In this document: in pieces, positions 15,154 through 28,961 of the stretch
Layout of the letters: each line of letters starts with the position of its first letter
Numbering within the stretch: the first letter of the stretch is position 1
DNA from: the human T2T-CHM13v2.0 reference genome, Homo sapiens
Length of the DNA: 64,000 nucleotides
Strand: one strand, 5' to 3'
NCBI RefSeq assembly: GCF_009914755.1
Contig: NC_060937.1
Made by a program: the position numbers and the translations under genes
Notes under the pieces: model-generated
Seen by the model: the letters and a program-made list of their open reading frames with translations, nothing else
Database searches by the model: none
Told to the model about the DNA's origin: nothing

Positions 15154-15720
15154 AATGAGACTCTTGCCCCTCTTAATTTTTCCTTGCTTGTGCCTACCTT
15201 TTTCACTTGGCAGGATAATGGTATAGTTAAAATTTCACAATCAATAGCTTCTGCAGGAAGCTGTAAAAAATGTTGCATCTGTCATGCCCATCCTAAATAT
15301 TTACATGCCCTGACAGATAAGCCCTTAGCCTGCCCAATGGGTAACTTCAACAGCATCTCTAGTACAACTGTTGCTCATTCTGTGTTTTAATTCAACCCAG
15401 CTATAAGATACGAAATGATAGAATTGCTCTAGATTCTCTATTGGTTAAATAAGGAGATATTTGTGCTATTGCCAATAATACATGCTGTACCTGGATAAAC
15501 CCCTTTGGGCAAGTTGTGATGCAAATACTCAAGAAAATAGGCCACATAGTTACAACAGGACTTACCTAATTCCCCATGGTCATTTGGCTGATTCAGTCAG
15601 TTGCTTTCAAGCCTAGGTTCTTGGCTCAATATTATTACATAAACTAGAATTTTCCTATTACTATTAATTTTACTTTGTATTTTTCTTTATAAACTTTGTA
15701 CTTATTGCTTGTCAAATTTC
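15154..15720 (+). pseudogene. Degenerate, internally deleted retroviral env relic
   Basis: Signal-like MRLLPLLIF, then WQDNGIVKISQSIAS...CCICH (SU CxxC-like). 15414-15500 reads NDRIALDSLLVK*GDICAIANNTCCTWIN (immunosuppressive domain plus CX6CC), followed by hydrophobic IFLLLLILLCIFLYKLC. Stops and frameshifts are present. Confidence 0.8.
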
Positions 15721-16016
15721 AGCAGAAGTACAACTCCTGAGAGAATAATGCTGGCTCAGAGTTTTGAGATGATAACCCTTGTCTATGAAACTGATGAAGT
15801 TGGACTTAACAACGAACACTCCCCACAGAACTCCTGATGCTCAAATGTGGCTAAAGGGTTTCATACTGACTCCTAATCAGCAATCACTTCCCTCTGACAT
15901 GGGATCAGAGTTACCCAGAACAAGTTCATCCTGGCACTGATGGATGATGAAAATCTAACCACAGAATGATTAGTCAGCAATGGTTTTAGAGACGTATTTT
16001 GATCAAAAGGGGCAAA

Positions 16017-16460
16017 TGTGAAAGTTGTCTGAATCAAAATGAAGTCACTTGTGTCAGACACTGACATAATGAAGCCAGGAAAGGCCATGAAGAAAGCGTT
16101 TTCATGCACAATTGCCTGATAATAAGACTTTGACAAAACTACAATCATATACAAAGCCATTGCAACCTAATACACACACACATACACACACTCGCGTGCA
16201 TGCACACGCTTCTGTGAGGATATCTGCTTGTCTAACCTTGGACTAATGTCAGACTTGTTTTTGATCCTTGCAACTAAGAATAGCTGTTTCAAAATAACTC
16301 ATGTAACCCTCCTCACTTTACCTTTAAAAACCCTTGTCTTCTTTTGCCACCCTGAGTACTTCCATAGTTTACTATGACATGTTCTGCATTGCTGTGCGTG
16401 TTCCTGAGTAAACTTACTATCTTTGGAGAACCTCTCTCTGTTCTGTTATTTAAGATGAAA
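16017..16460 (+). mobile_element. 3' LTR (MER65-like)
   Basis: tgtgaaagttgtctgaatcaaaatg...ttatttaagatgaaa; collinear with the 5' LTR. Confidence 0.85.
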
Positions 16461-18300
16461 CCTTTCAATATTATACTTCTAAATATGATGTTTGATATAA
16501 ATTTAGTTTAGATTACCTTCATCAAAATAAGGAAGTTACTTTCTATTTCTTTCTTATGAATGATTTTAAATATTGTCTAATATAGAGTATATATGTTGAG
16601 ATAATTTTTTTTTCTGTCAAAGGTACTATTTATTTTGATTTTAAAATGATAAAGCAACCCTCTATTCCTTGACTAAATCTACTTATATAAATTTTTTTGT
16701 ATATTTCTGGGTTCAAAGTTCATGAGATTGATTTGTAACCTCCTTTTCCTAATGTCTTTATGTTATTTCTGTATCCATGCTATTCTAGTATCATAATATT
16801 TACATTCTAGATTTAGTTTAACTTCATCTTATTTTTATGGAATTTTTTCACTTAGATTTACCCTATATTTGCTTTTTGTTTTTCTTTATTTGCTTCTTGA
16901 CTTCAGTGTTTCTCTTTCTCTTTTTGATCTTTTATCTAATATGTGAAGAAATTTTTTCTTTAACATTTCTTCTGATAGGCTCCTCTGGTCACAACTTCTG
17001 TTAGTATCTGTTTGTCTGGAAAAGTTCTGATTTTTGCCTTCAAATGAAAGGATATTTTTGCTATGCACAGAATTCTAATTTGACAATTTTTTTCAGAATT
17101 TTTAAAATGCCATTTCATCATCATCTGGTTTGGCCATTTGTTTTGGTAATTCAGTTATCAGTCTTGTTGCTTTTTCCTTTGAAAGTAATGCATCTTTTTA
17201 TCTTTTACTACTGTAAAAATTTTTCCCTTTTTCTTTGTCTTGACTTTGTCATGACTGTGTTATGTCTCTGTGGATTTCTTTTTATTTATTCTCTTTATGT
17301 TCCATGTCTCAGATCTGTAGTTTGAATTAGTTTGGCATTTGTGTTAGTTTGCAAAGACTGTCAAAAAAATTATTAAAGACTGAATGGCTTAAACGACAGA
17401 ATTTTAATTCTCACAGTCCTGGAAGCTAGAAATCCAAGACAAAGATTTAAGTAAGGTTGATTTCTTCCAAGGGCGTCTTTCCTTGTCTTGTACATAGCCT
17501 TCCCTTTGTGTCTTCACATGATCTCTTCTCTTTAATGTGTGTGTTCAAATCTCCTCTTCTAGTAAGGTCACCAAGATTAGGGTCACCTTAATGATCTCCT
17601 TTAACATTAATTACCACTTTAAAGAATCTATCTTCAAATATAATCATACTCTGAGGTACTGGTAATTAGGACTTCAACATATAAATTTAGGGGTGGGATA
17701 TTTCATCCAATAATAGCCGTGTAAATGTCTTATCCATTATTTCTTCAAATGTCCTTTCTGCCTCATTCTATCTTTTCTCCTTCTGAGAACCCAATTAGAT
17801 GCATGAGATACAATTTCAAGTCCAATGTATCTCTTATGCTCCTTTCTCCAATTCTTTTTCTTCCCTATCTAATCTGGGTATTTTCTACTATCCTATCTTC
17901 CAGTTTGCTAATCTTTCCTTCTGTGTCTAGTCTACCATCGAATATCCTTATTCAATTTTTAATTTTACTGTATTTTTAAATTCAGAATTTCCACTTTATT
18001 TGTTTTTTACAGATAATTGTCTAGTGAGTTTCTCCACACAGTAATATTTTTTGAACATTTTAAAAGTAATATTTTAGTCAATGACTGATGATTTAAGTTT
18101 GTTACCTGCATCATTTTTTAATCTCTTTCTATTGTCTGTTTTTTTCTCTTTTATTTTTAGTGAATCTGTCCTGTCTCTTGACATACCTGTTTTTGTTTTG
18201 TTTTGCATTTTTGTTGTTGTTGTTGGTTTTGGTGTGTTTAAACATTGTTTATCAAAATCGGTAGAATTTTGTAAATGATATGATCTTCCTTGAGGGACAG
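16461..18300 (-). mobile_element. Old L1 fragments (continuation)
   Basis: T-rich antisense L1-like sequence continuing from 7703; interrupted by an MLT1. Confidence 0.6.
17340..17715 (-). mobile_element. MLT1 (MaLR) LTR, MLT1A/B-like
   Basis: tggcttaaacgacagaatttt...ctcacagtcctggaagctagaaatccaaga and ctgaggtactggtaattaggacttcaacatat motifs. Confidence 0.78.
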
Positions 18301-18854
18301 TTTACTTTTTTTCTGGCAGATATATAGATATAGATATAAATATAGATATAGATATATATCCAATTAGGAATTGAGATAATATCTAAAGTGAAAATCTGTG
18401 GTGTTTATGGAATGTTTATCAATACCTCCTTCTTGAAGGTTGCTGTGTTCCAATTACTGTATTTGCAGCAAGATCAAAAAGCCAAAAGTTCTGCCTAGTT
18501 TATTCATATTTTAGATATTGTTTTCTGCTTGGCATTTCAACCTCTTGCCCCAAATAGTTTCGGAAGTGACAAATACATCAAAGAGATTATTTGGATAGAA
18601 GGTAGAAGTCACTTTCCAATGGTCCTCTTTTCTCTAGTATCTTGGCCACTTAAATCCTGGTTGCCTTTGGGTTTACTTAATACTGTTTATTGGATTTTTG
18701 GTAATCTAAAAATTATTTCTTACAACAGAGACAAAAATTCCAATAGGACTTTAAAGTGGAAAAGGAGTCGGTTGAAGAATAATGTCAGTATAAGATATTC
18801 GTATAAGATATTATTTAAATTACCATTAAATTAAATAAGCATAGTAGCATTACT

Positions 18855-19142
<288 letters not shown>

Positions 19143-20475
19143 TTAGCACTACTTAATAGAGAAACCATAAGTTATCTGAAACATATTGTCGGCAGAGGGG
19201 GAAAAAGAAGAAAGCAGAAATTCATTTTAGAATGAGAAACATATTAGGTGTGAAAAAACTATATACCACTGTCATATACAAAAATATAATATGTGTAGGT
19301 CTATTTGTGAAAGGCTTTTACTCTTTAGGTTATATAGTTCTTGAATTTTTAAAGCTGTTCAGACACTGTACCACAACCTCATATCACAGTGGTACCCAGA
19401 AAATCCAAATAGTAGTACTTGTGTAAATAGATTTCTATTTCAGCCTCTTTAAAGGCAGTTATGTAGATACTCTTAATTTTGAATTTTTGGAAATAGGGAG
19501 GATCATTATTTCCTAAAATTATAGCACTTATAAGTGGTAGATAGGGAATTCTCTCGTAGGTCTCAGACTCCAGAGCACAAACGACCAACCTTTATGAAAT
19601 ATGAACTTCCTGGCTTCACTTCCATCTGGGAGGAGAAATGTATTCCCCCTTATGCTAATCCATTCCATTCAGGACAATGCTCATGGGTAGAATCCTATTT
19701 ATTATAGTATGTTAAACTCTACTTCTCTGTAACTCTTACTTATTAATCCTGCCTATGATGAATGTGCTGTAAAATGGCAAAGTCAAAGCAAATTTACTAC
19801 ATCCTTAAACTTTAAGCTTATTATGTTTCTGGCATTTGGGGCTATACAGTTCCCAGGTTCTGCATATGTTTGACACGGCTTCATAGATAAAAATGGCTTA
19901 CATCCCGAATATGATGCTAAAAACTGTTTTCCAAAATTGGATATAAAATGTGTGAGTAGGTGTATACATGATTATTGATACGACCTTATTTTTGAAAATA
20001 CCATTTAACTACATAAATTATATATAGTTTTACTTATGTATTTTTAAATTATAAACTATTTTTATTTGAAATAATTTCAAACTTAGAAGACTTAAGAATA
20101 GTACAAAGAGCTTTTTTGCATAAACTATTTGAGGATAAGTTGCTCACATGAATTTGCATCATCCCAAATTCGCATGTACATACATTCTCACATATGTGTA
20201 AACTCGTATGTATGCAATATTCTTTCTAATGTCTGCGACTTGGGGAAGTTTATTTTGGTAGAGTCAAAAACAAAGACTAATAAAAAGATAAGCTAGAAGA
20301 AACTGTTGTTTTATGGTGAATTTTTCTTAATTTTAAAAGATAAGCCTATTTGTGAAGGAAAGTATATTATGTATTTTTCTATTGATTTTGTTGTTCAATT
20401 TGTAAAATATATTTGCTAATTATCCCAGATTTGGGAAGAAAACAGTTTAATTAGCACTTCTGAAATGTGTATTAA

Positions 20476-20795
<320 letters not shown>

Positions 20796-20903
20796 CACTT
20801 TTTAATGTTTTAAAGCGTTAGTACCAAGAAGTTCAAAGTGACTAGAGCCTGATTCTACCCTACTCCTTTCTCCTCCCCAAATAAACTCATCTTCAAGAAA
20901 CAC

Positions 20904-21201
<298 letters not shown>

Positions 21202-22634
21202 GAGAAACACTTTCTATAGAAACATTTATCTGATTATATCAACGACAACACTTTCTTTCACTGGTGCATGACGTTGATTGCCTGTGTGTGTCCTTCAGCA
21301 TTTATCTCATAAAGTAATTTTATGGTGAATTACAGTTGAGTGTGTTTGTTTACAATCTGGAATGAAATCATTAAAGTCAATGTCAAAGATCAGCCAGTAT
21401 TTCATAGGACTTATGTATTCAGAAATCCATAACTGTGTTTCGAAAGCAGGGCACTGCCTGATGACCAATCAATGGGTTTTGCCAGCTAGAAAAAAGGAGA
21501 TTTTTACTCTAATTTACATGGGCTGCTTCATGGTGGACTACACTGGTTAAGAACTTCAGCTCTACATTTCCTACCTCAGTCATTCACTGACTTTTTAAAC
21601 TTGGACCTGTCACTCAGTTTCAGAATTACTTTTGTATATGAGTATGATATTACTACCTAATTTATAGCGTTTTTGTTAGAAAAAGGTGAATCTTGAATAG
21701 TTTTTGGTGTTGTTGTAGAAGCCATCTCAAGGTTCAAATAATGAGATAATCTGTTAGAATCCTAAATGACCTCCTCTGTGATGTTTTGCTCTATGGTTTG
21801 GAAAACCTTTAGAGATGAGTGTGGCCTGGCGCTTCTCTTCCCATTTTCAATTTTAGACACTCTAAGACAGAGAAGAGAAAATTATATTAGTACAGAATTT
21901 GCTTAAATGTCTTAGTTCCTCACATAGTCCATGACTGATTACTTTAATCCTTGTGTACTAAGAAAACACAAATAGAAGAATCGACATTTATCTGTATTTT
22001 AAAGTTATGAGCAACTTTTTCTTGGCTAACGATTGATCTGTAATGTCAACGTGGCTTGCATTATATGAAGTTTTACTGGCTGTTTTGAAATGGAAGGTGA
22101 GGGTGCCTCTTCACTTTCAAATGTCTGAAGGAAGATTACTGTATTCGCACAAAAATATTTGTACTTAGCTGAAATGGCACAGAATATTATAGTTCTCAAG
22201 TGTTTAATTCCTTCTCATAGAAATTGCAAGGGAACTTAGGATGCATTTGGCAGGCGCTTTCTCTAGTGCAATCAGGTTGCTATGGCAAACCTATTATTTT
22301 AGGCGAAGAAGGACTATGTTAGTAAAGTGCTAATCTATTTTCTGTTTTATGTGAGCCTCTAATTACTCCCCAACTATTGAGCACATACTGCAAGTGTGGT
22401 TTTTATCATTTTCAAAAGTGAAAAAAAAAATAAGGTCATGGAGAGTGTGCCTACTGTTACCACACCAGCAGGTGCATTTGATGATACAGTGCTCTCCTGA
22501 AATCATCTCATTCTGGGTCGGGAATACACTTTTTTTTTTTTTCATAGAAAAGTACAATGAAAAAGGAAGTGAACAAATTGTATGTGAGTAATTGAACTCC
22601 AAGCCTCCCAGCTGTGTTTTACTTATTAAAATAT

Positions 22635-22880
22635 GATAATAATATCTAATATTTGTTGAACACATACTATGTGCCAAGCCCTGTACTGTGTAGTTTGTAC
22701 ACATTATAACATTTAGCCCTTACAATCATCCTGTGCTATGGGTATTATTTTTACTCCCATTATGCAGCCACAATAAATGAGGTTTAACTTATTCTTCCAA
22801 GGAATCACATTTAGTTGTGTATGCACCAAGATTAAAATCCAGACCTATTAAAAGTTAGAGCCCACATTTTTAATTGTACC
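22635..22880 (-). mobile_element. MIR
   Basis: atttgttgaacacatactatgtgccaagcc...ccttacaatcatcctgtg...ggtattatttttactcccatt. Confidence 0.7.
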
Positions 22881-24599
22881 TGTGCCACAAAATGTATTTC
22901 CCTTTTAGACACTTAAACAAACACATTAAGACTCAACCCCACATTATCTTTGCCAGAACCTTTCTCTAACCCTGCAGGCCCTGTGTGCACGTGCATTTTA
23001 CCTTAATTTCCCCTGCTAGTAAAAGTGTTAAAACATCCTTCTTTCTTTTGTATCTCAATATCTAGCATGATACTTACCCCACAGTTGATAGTCAAAATGT
23101 GTCTGGGGAATGATCAAAGTAATGCAGACATTTAAGATTGTGAGCCCTGCTAAACCTATTCTTCAGCAAGAACATGTGTGTTCTCTATGTGGGGTAGTTA
23201 GAAGGAAGTTAGTATTCTTCAGCGGAACACTTTAAATGTGACCATATAGGGAAGAAACGTATGTGTATGTGTGTGCATGTGCCTGTGTGCATATGTGTGT
23301 GCGTGTTGCATATTCAGTCATGGTTTCTGAAGGTGATTACAATTTTTAACACTAGCAGTTCAAGTCCAGGCATCTACCCTGTGGCTTCTGAGTTTACAGA
23401 TTTTCACCCTTTCACAAATGTGCAAAAATGTTACTGGTGGTCATGCAGAAGAGATGTACTTGGTCCTGAATAAATAATGACTTTCCTGAATTAGTTATCT
23501 GAGGACTCTCTTGATTGTCAATCCATGAGGTTAGTGGGCGACTGTGTCTGTCTTGTTCGTCTTCTTGTCTCCCCATCCAAGATCTAGAAACTTAGTCCCT
23601 GCTGGTTTGAAACCTGTGTCATGTGGAAGTGAGACCTTAAAGCGAGAAAATCAAAGAAAGTGAGGGAAGGAGATGTCAAAATCTAAGGCTTGAGATATTG
23701 GTTGTGGTTGAGATTATGAAAAAAGAGGAATCCAAGAAGAAAAGAAAAACCTGGAAGAAAGAGGGAAGGAGTGAAGGTGGTGTGTGTCTGTGTGTGTGTG
23801 GGTGTGCCCATGTGCGCATGTGTGTATATGTGTGAGTGTGTTGGGAGAGAATAGTCAGAGGGGAAAGGGAGGGAGTAGAGGATCAAGAAGAGGCAGAGAA
23901 GGAGAGAAAAGAGGAAGAGGAATATAGCTTGAAAAACAAATGTCAAACTTCACAATTTCACAATCTTTACCTTATACCAGTTTTAGAAAATTAACCTCTA
24001 CCAGAAGTTGACAACTTTCCATAAGGCAGTGCTTCCAGATATGAGTCATCCATGAATGTTTAACTATTAAAAAATAAGACAGACAATAGTTAAATAAAAG
24101 ATTGTGGAACAAGAGATGACCTTTCCATTTCTTCTCTTACCCTCTGATTATTTCTACTGTAACTACACTCCAGCAATTAATCAGGATGTGAACCAATGAA
24201 ACTACTAAAGTTTTAATCTATTTGTAATAATGCAAATGAGGCAATCTGTATTTTATAAAGGTCACAAGCTACTCTTTTTCATTTTGTCTTATACTTTAGA
24301 TATACTGACTTACCCTATAAGTAAAAGAAAAGTTCGACTTTGTCTTTCTAGTATTAAAATAATAGTATTTTGTTTATATAAATCTTGCAGTATCTTATGG
24401 ATAACATTCCAAAAAAACTGTGAATGAGAGTTTCTTCCAGGCTATATCAAGTAAAATTTAGTAACAAAGATTTCAGAAATGTCAAGTATTTCAATGAACA
24501 CGGTAACTTTCCTAAAAGTGTAATTATTTCAAGTTTGCAGTTAATTTCCATCATATTTACTAAAAGATAAAAGTAATTTCATGTTCACAATGATCAATA

Positions 24600-27560
24600 T
24601 ATATTACTTCTATTGTGAATAACCCATTTTTGCCCTCAGTTCATTTTTCTTTTGCTCATTTATTATTAGTTATTTTTATTTTAACTTATACACATAGTAA
24701 TGTTTTCTTAGTGTCTATATTGTTTGTACAAATATTTTGTCCTTGTTTATTGTTTATATTTTAGTCTTAGGTTATTCATTGCTCTATAGAAATTGAATAT
24801 TGAATATTTTATGGTCAAATTTATTAATATTGTCCTTTATATTTCTGATTTGGTGTCATATTTAGAATAGTTTTCTCACCCAAGTGTTATGAAAACTCTC
24901 ACCTATATTCTTGTCTAGTTTTATGACTTAAACTTTTACATTTGAATGTTGAAACCCCTGGAAATGTATTTAGTTGTAAGGAGTGAAGTAAAGGAAATGA
25001 ATATTTTTGAAACATGGCTCACCAATTTTATCAAACATATTTTTTGAATAATCCATTATGCCCAGAAAAGTATATAACATAAATTTATAGCATTATGAAT
25101 CATATAAAGTAATCACATGCCCAGATTCAGAAATAGAAGAATGCCAGAATCCTAAAAGCTCCATTCTCACTTCTCTGAAATCAGCATACCCTCTCCCTAA
25201 AAAGATAACCTTTATTCTCATGTTCATGTAATCACCTCTATACCTGTCTTTAAAGTTTTCCGCCTAGATATATATTCCCAAACAGTGTGATAGTTAGACG
25301 TGACTTTTTTGGAATTAATCCAACAGCATGCATTGTTTTATGACTGAGTTCTCGCACTCTACATTGTGTTCTTGAGACTCAGGCATTACGTTGAATGTAT
25401 TTGCGATTCTTTCTTTTAATTGCTATAGTGTTTCATTTAAGAATATAGCTGATATGTAAGTATTCCGTAATTGATGAACATTTGGGGCATTTCTCCTTTG
25501 AAGTTGCTAAGAATAATGTTGCTATGATTATTCTGGAACATTTCCTGGTTCACATGTGTATGCTTTTTTCTCTAGGGAACTTACCCAAGAATTAAATTGC
25601 TGATTCTTAGATTATGCATGCCAACTTCACTAGATAATGCCAAACGGTCCCCAGAATATTCTACCAATTTATATTCTCACCCTCTGCAAAAGACTTATCT
25701 GTATTTCCAAACCATTGCCAATGCTTATTAGGGTCAGTTTTTAAATCTTTGCTAATCTGATTGGGTTGGGGCAGAATCTTTTTGTGGTTTTAGTCTGCAT
25801 TTCCCATGTGAATAAGAGGAGGAGTATCTTTTCATATATTTACTGGCCATACAATCCCATTTGCTGAAGTGCCCATTCAGATCTCCTGCCCATGTCTTTA
25901 ATGGATTGTATGTATTTGTTGTTGTTGTTGTTAGAGTTCTTTAAATAGTTTGGATATGAGACAGTTGTCAGATATGTGTGTCACTGATATCATCTCTCAT
26001 TCTGTGGCTCACCTTTTCACTCTCTTATTTTCTAATGTACTAGAGCTCCTAATTATAATTCAAATGGTTAATATTTTCTTTTTTAGTTACTTACTCCAGC
26101 ACCATTTATGTGAAAAGTCATCTTTCCTTTGTTGCTTTTCAGTGTCACCTTGTCCTAATCCAGTATTTGTATATGCAAGGAATTGTTTTTGGATTCTCTA
26201 TTCTATTCTACTTGGTCTCCACTTCCACCAAAATCCAACTTTTATAATTACTGTGCCTTTAAAATAAGCCCTGATATCTATTTCAAAAGGTATTTCTACC
26301 TCCTTCTTGTTCATAAGTATTTTCGTTATTGGTGCTTTCCATTTCTGTATAAATGTCATAATTGGCTTTTAAGCTTTAAAAAATCCTGATAAGATTTTCG
26401 TTGTAATTACATCGAATCTATAGATCAATTAGGGGATATTTGGTATTTTAACAATATTGAATAATAAGCATACAGTATTTCTTCACATTTAAATCTCAAA
26501 GCTTTCATTTGTCTATGCTGCATATACATATGTGATTTATTTTTGTATATATGTTTGCTATAGGGCAACTAATATACTCTCTTAATAATCCATATTATTT
26601 GTTAGTAGTTTTTGCATTGTCTACATGCACAGTTTTCGGTTAAGTAATTTTTGTTTCCTTCTTTCAATTCTTTATGTCATCTTTTTATCCTTACCATATT
26701 CTACCGACAAAGACATCTAGTGCAATGTTGGATAGAACTAAAAGATAAATTTATCTTTCTCTTATTCCTAATCCAAATAGAAGGTTTTAAAATGTTTACC
26801 ATTAGCACCAACCAATTATTATTATTAAGTGCATGCATATCCTTTAACATTTTTTCTCTCTTCCTCTTTCTTCCTTTTTCACTAGTAAAACACTTTATTT
26901 ACTATAGTTAGAGGACATTTTATTTGGTTGAATAATATAAAATTGATGACGTCTGACTATTTTTGACTTATAAAAAGAGTCATTTTACATTGTTCAGCTT
27001 ACCTGTTATGACATTTCTCCACTTATTTTCCATAGATACACACAGACTCTGTTTTTAAAGTATTTCTGAATATTACCATACTTGTTATTTCAGACAAATT
27101 TGAGAATCATTTCATCAACTTGAAAACATTCAGTGAGTTTGATTGGTACAATATTGATTTATTAATTCAGGAAAAATCAGACACTTCTTAATAAGAAAGT
27201 ATGTCCTTTTAAAAATTATAAGTCTTCTCCTATGGCCTTCACTATGACTTTATATGCAAAGTTGTATAAGTTCATTTATTTTACGTTGCTGATATTTTTG
27301 TACATGAAACAATTTTCCATTATATTAGGTTGGGTTAGTGTTGGCACATAAAAATTTTTTCATTTCTGTATGTTAATTTTGTCACAAGATACCTTGCCAA
27401 AATGTTTTATTCCTTTAAATGCATTTGTAATTTTTAAAATCTTGGGCATAAAGACAGACCATCTGCTAATAATGATCTTGGCTCTTTATTATATTGTTTG
27501 TCTAATTTTTATTAAATTGCACTTAAACTATAACAATGGTTGTTATAAACATCTCCCATC
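24600..27560 (-). mobile_element. Ancient L1 (L1ME-like) fragments
   Basis: Antisense L1 3' UTR/ORF2 motifs (gatgaacatttgggg, ggttttagtctgcattttccc, gaatctatagatcaatt). Boundaries approximate. Confidence 0.6.
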
Positions 27561-28359
27561 TCTAACTTAGATCACTCCCTGTTAACCATAATGTTGGATT
27601 TCTTTTGAAAAGATTATTATATATACCTGTTGGCATTAGTATTTAAGCAATTTTCTAGAATAGTGTCTTCTCAGGGGATGACTCTAGGCCAGTGATATAT
27701 TTGAGAGTGTTCATCATGTAAGACAGTTGTTTAATCCATGGGATAGCAGGAAATTTTGGAAAATATAGAGGAAAGAAGGTTCAGGGCTGAGCCATGGGGC
27801 AATCCAAGATTTAGATATTTGTATAAAGATGAGAATCCAGTAATATAGCCTAAGAAGAATTCGTAATCCAATAATAGCTAATAGAAGAAAGTATTTCCCA
27901 AAAGGGCAGGGTCAACTCTCAAAAGCTTCTGAGAGGTTATATAAGATGGTACAGAGAATTGGCCACTGGGTTGGGGTCATTGGAGACATTGCTGAAGAAG
28001 TACTTGTCACATAGCAGTATCTTGAGGTAATTGGATTGGGTTGAGATGAGACTGGAGTTAAGAGAACAGCAGCAAACTTCTTTTTGGGAAGTTTACTTTA
28101 AATTGTACTTTGCTGCTATGCTTTTGCAACACAAGGTGTTTTCTATCTTTTACTCATCTATGTTTTGCCCGGTTCCTATGTTACTCCTCCCGGCAACCAC
28201 CACCACCACTGCTTTCCCCTATTAGAATGAAGCAGTTCTAACTAAGCCTCCTTTTCCTCCTCCTTATTCTCCTGCTTCTCCTTTTAGCTGCCTTTGAGGT
28301 TTAGTCTCTCATATATGGCAACCATATAAAGAGAAAAAAATAATGTGATGTATTTTTCA

Positions 28360-28961
28360 TGGATTATGCTGAGATAATTTTTGAAGGCAGTTCACTGTTA
28401 GTGGGAGAAGGTGCTGTGGTCTATAGGTGAGGTCTGGAAGGACTTCAGACAAATATTCAAGTGCTGACTAATTTATAAACCCAGAGCAGAGGTTTTACTT
28501 CCAGAATTATTTTTACATATAATATATTCAATCTAATAGCATTAAAATGCTATTCAAGAATACACATAGCATTCTAAAATTTTAAGCTTCCGTTTTAATG
28601 AATACTTTAAAGATTTTGAGCTAGTCATATAGAAGATTGGGTTTAAGGTTAGAATGAGATAATGTGGATTATGTTGAGATAATTTTTGGAGGCAGTTCAT
28701 TACTAGTGGGCGAGGGTGCTGTGGTCTGTAGGTGAAGTCTGGAAGGGCTTCAGACGAATATTCAAGTGGCAACTATTTTATAAACCCAGAGCAGAGTTTT
28801 ATTTCCAGAATTAGTTTTACATATAAAATATTCAATACACAAAATGCTATTCAAAAATGCATATAACATTCTAAAATTTTAAGCTTCCTTTTTAATGAAT
28901 ACTTTAAATATTTTGAGATAGTTATATAGAAAATTGGGCTTAAGGTTAGAATGAGATAATG
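28360..28961 (+). repeat. Direct tandem duplication: 305-bp unit (28360-28664) plus 297-bp unit (28665-28961)
   Basis: Both units run tggattatg.tgagataattttt...taaggttagaatgagataatg; roughly 85-90% identical by eye. Confidence 0.93.

Noticed and set aside
28360-28961. CRISPR-like or VNTR array
   Set aside because: Only two diverged ~300-bp units, no spacers, eukaryotic context.
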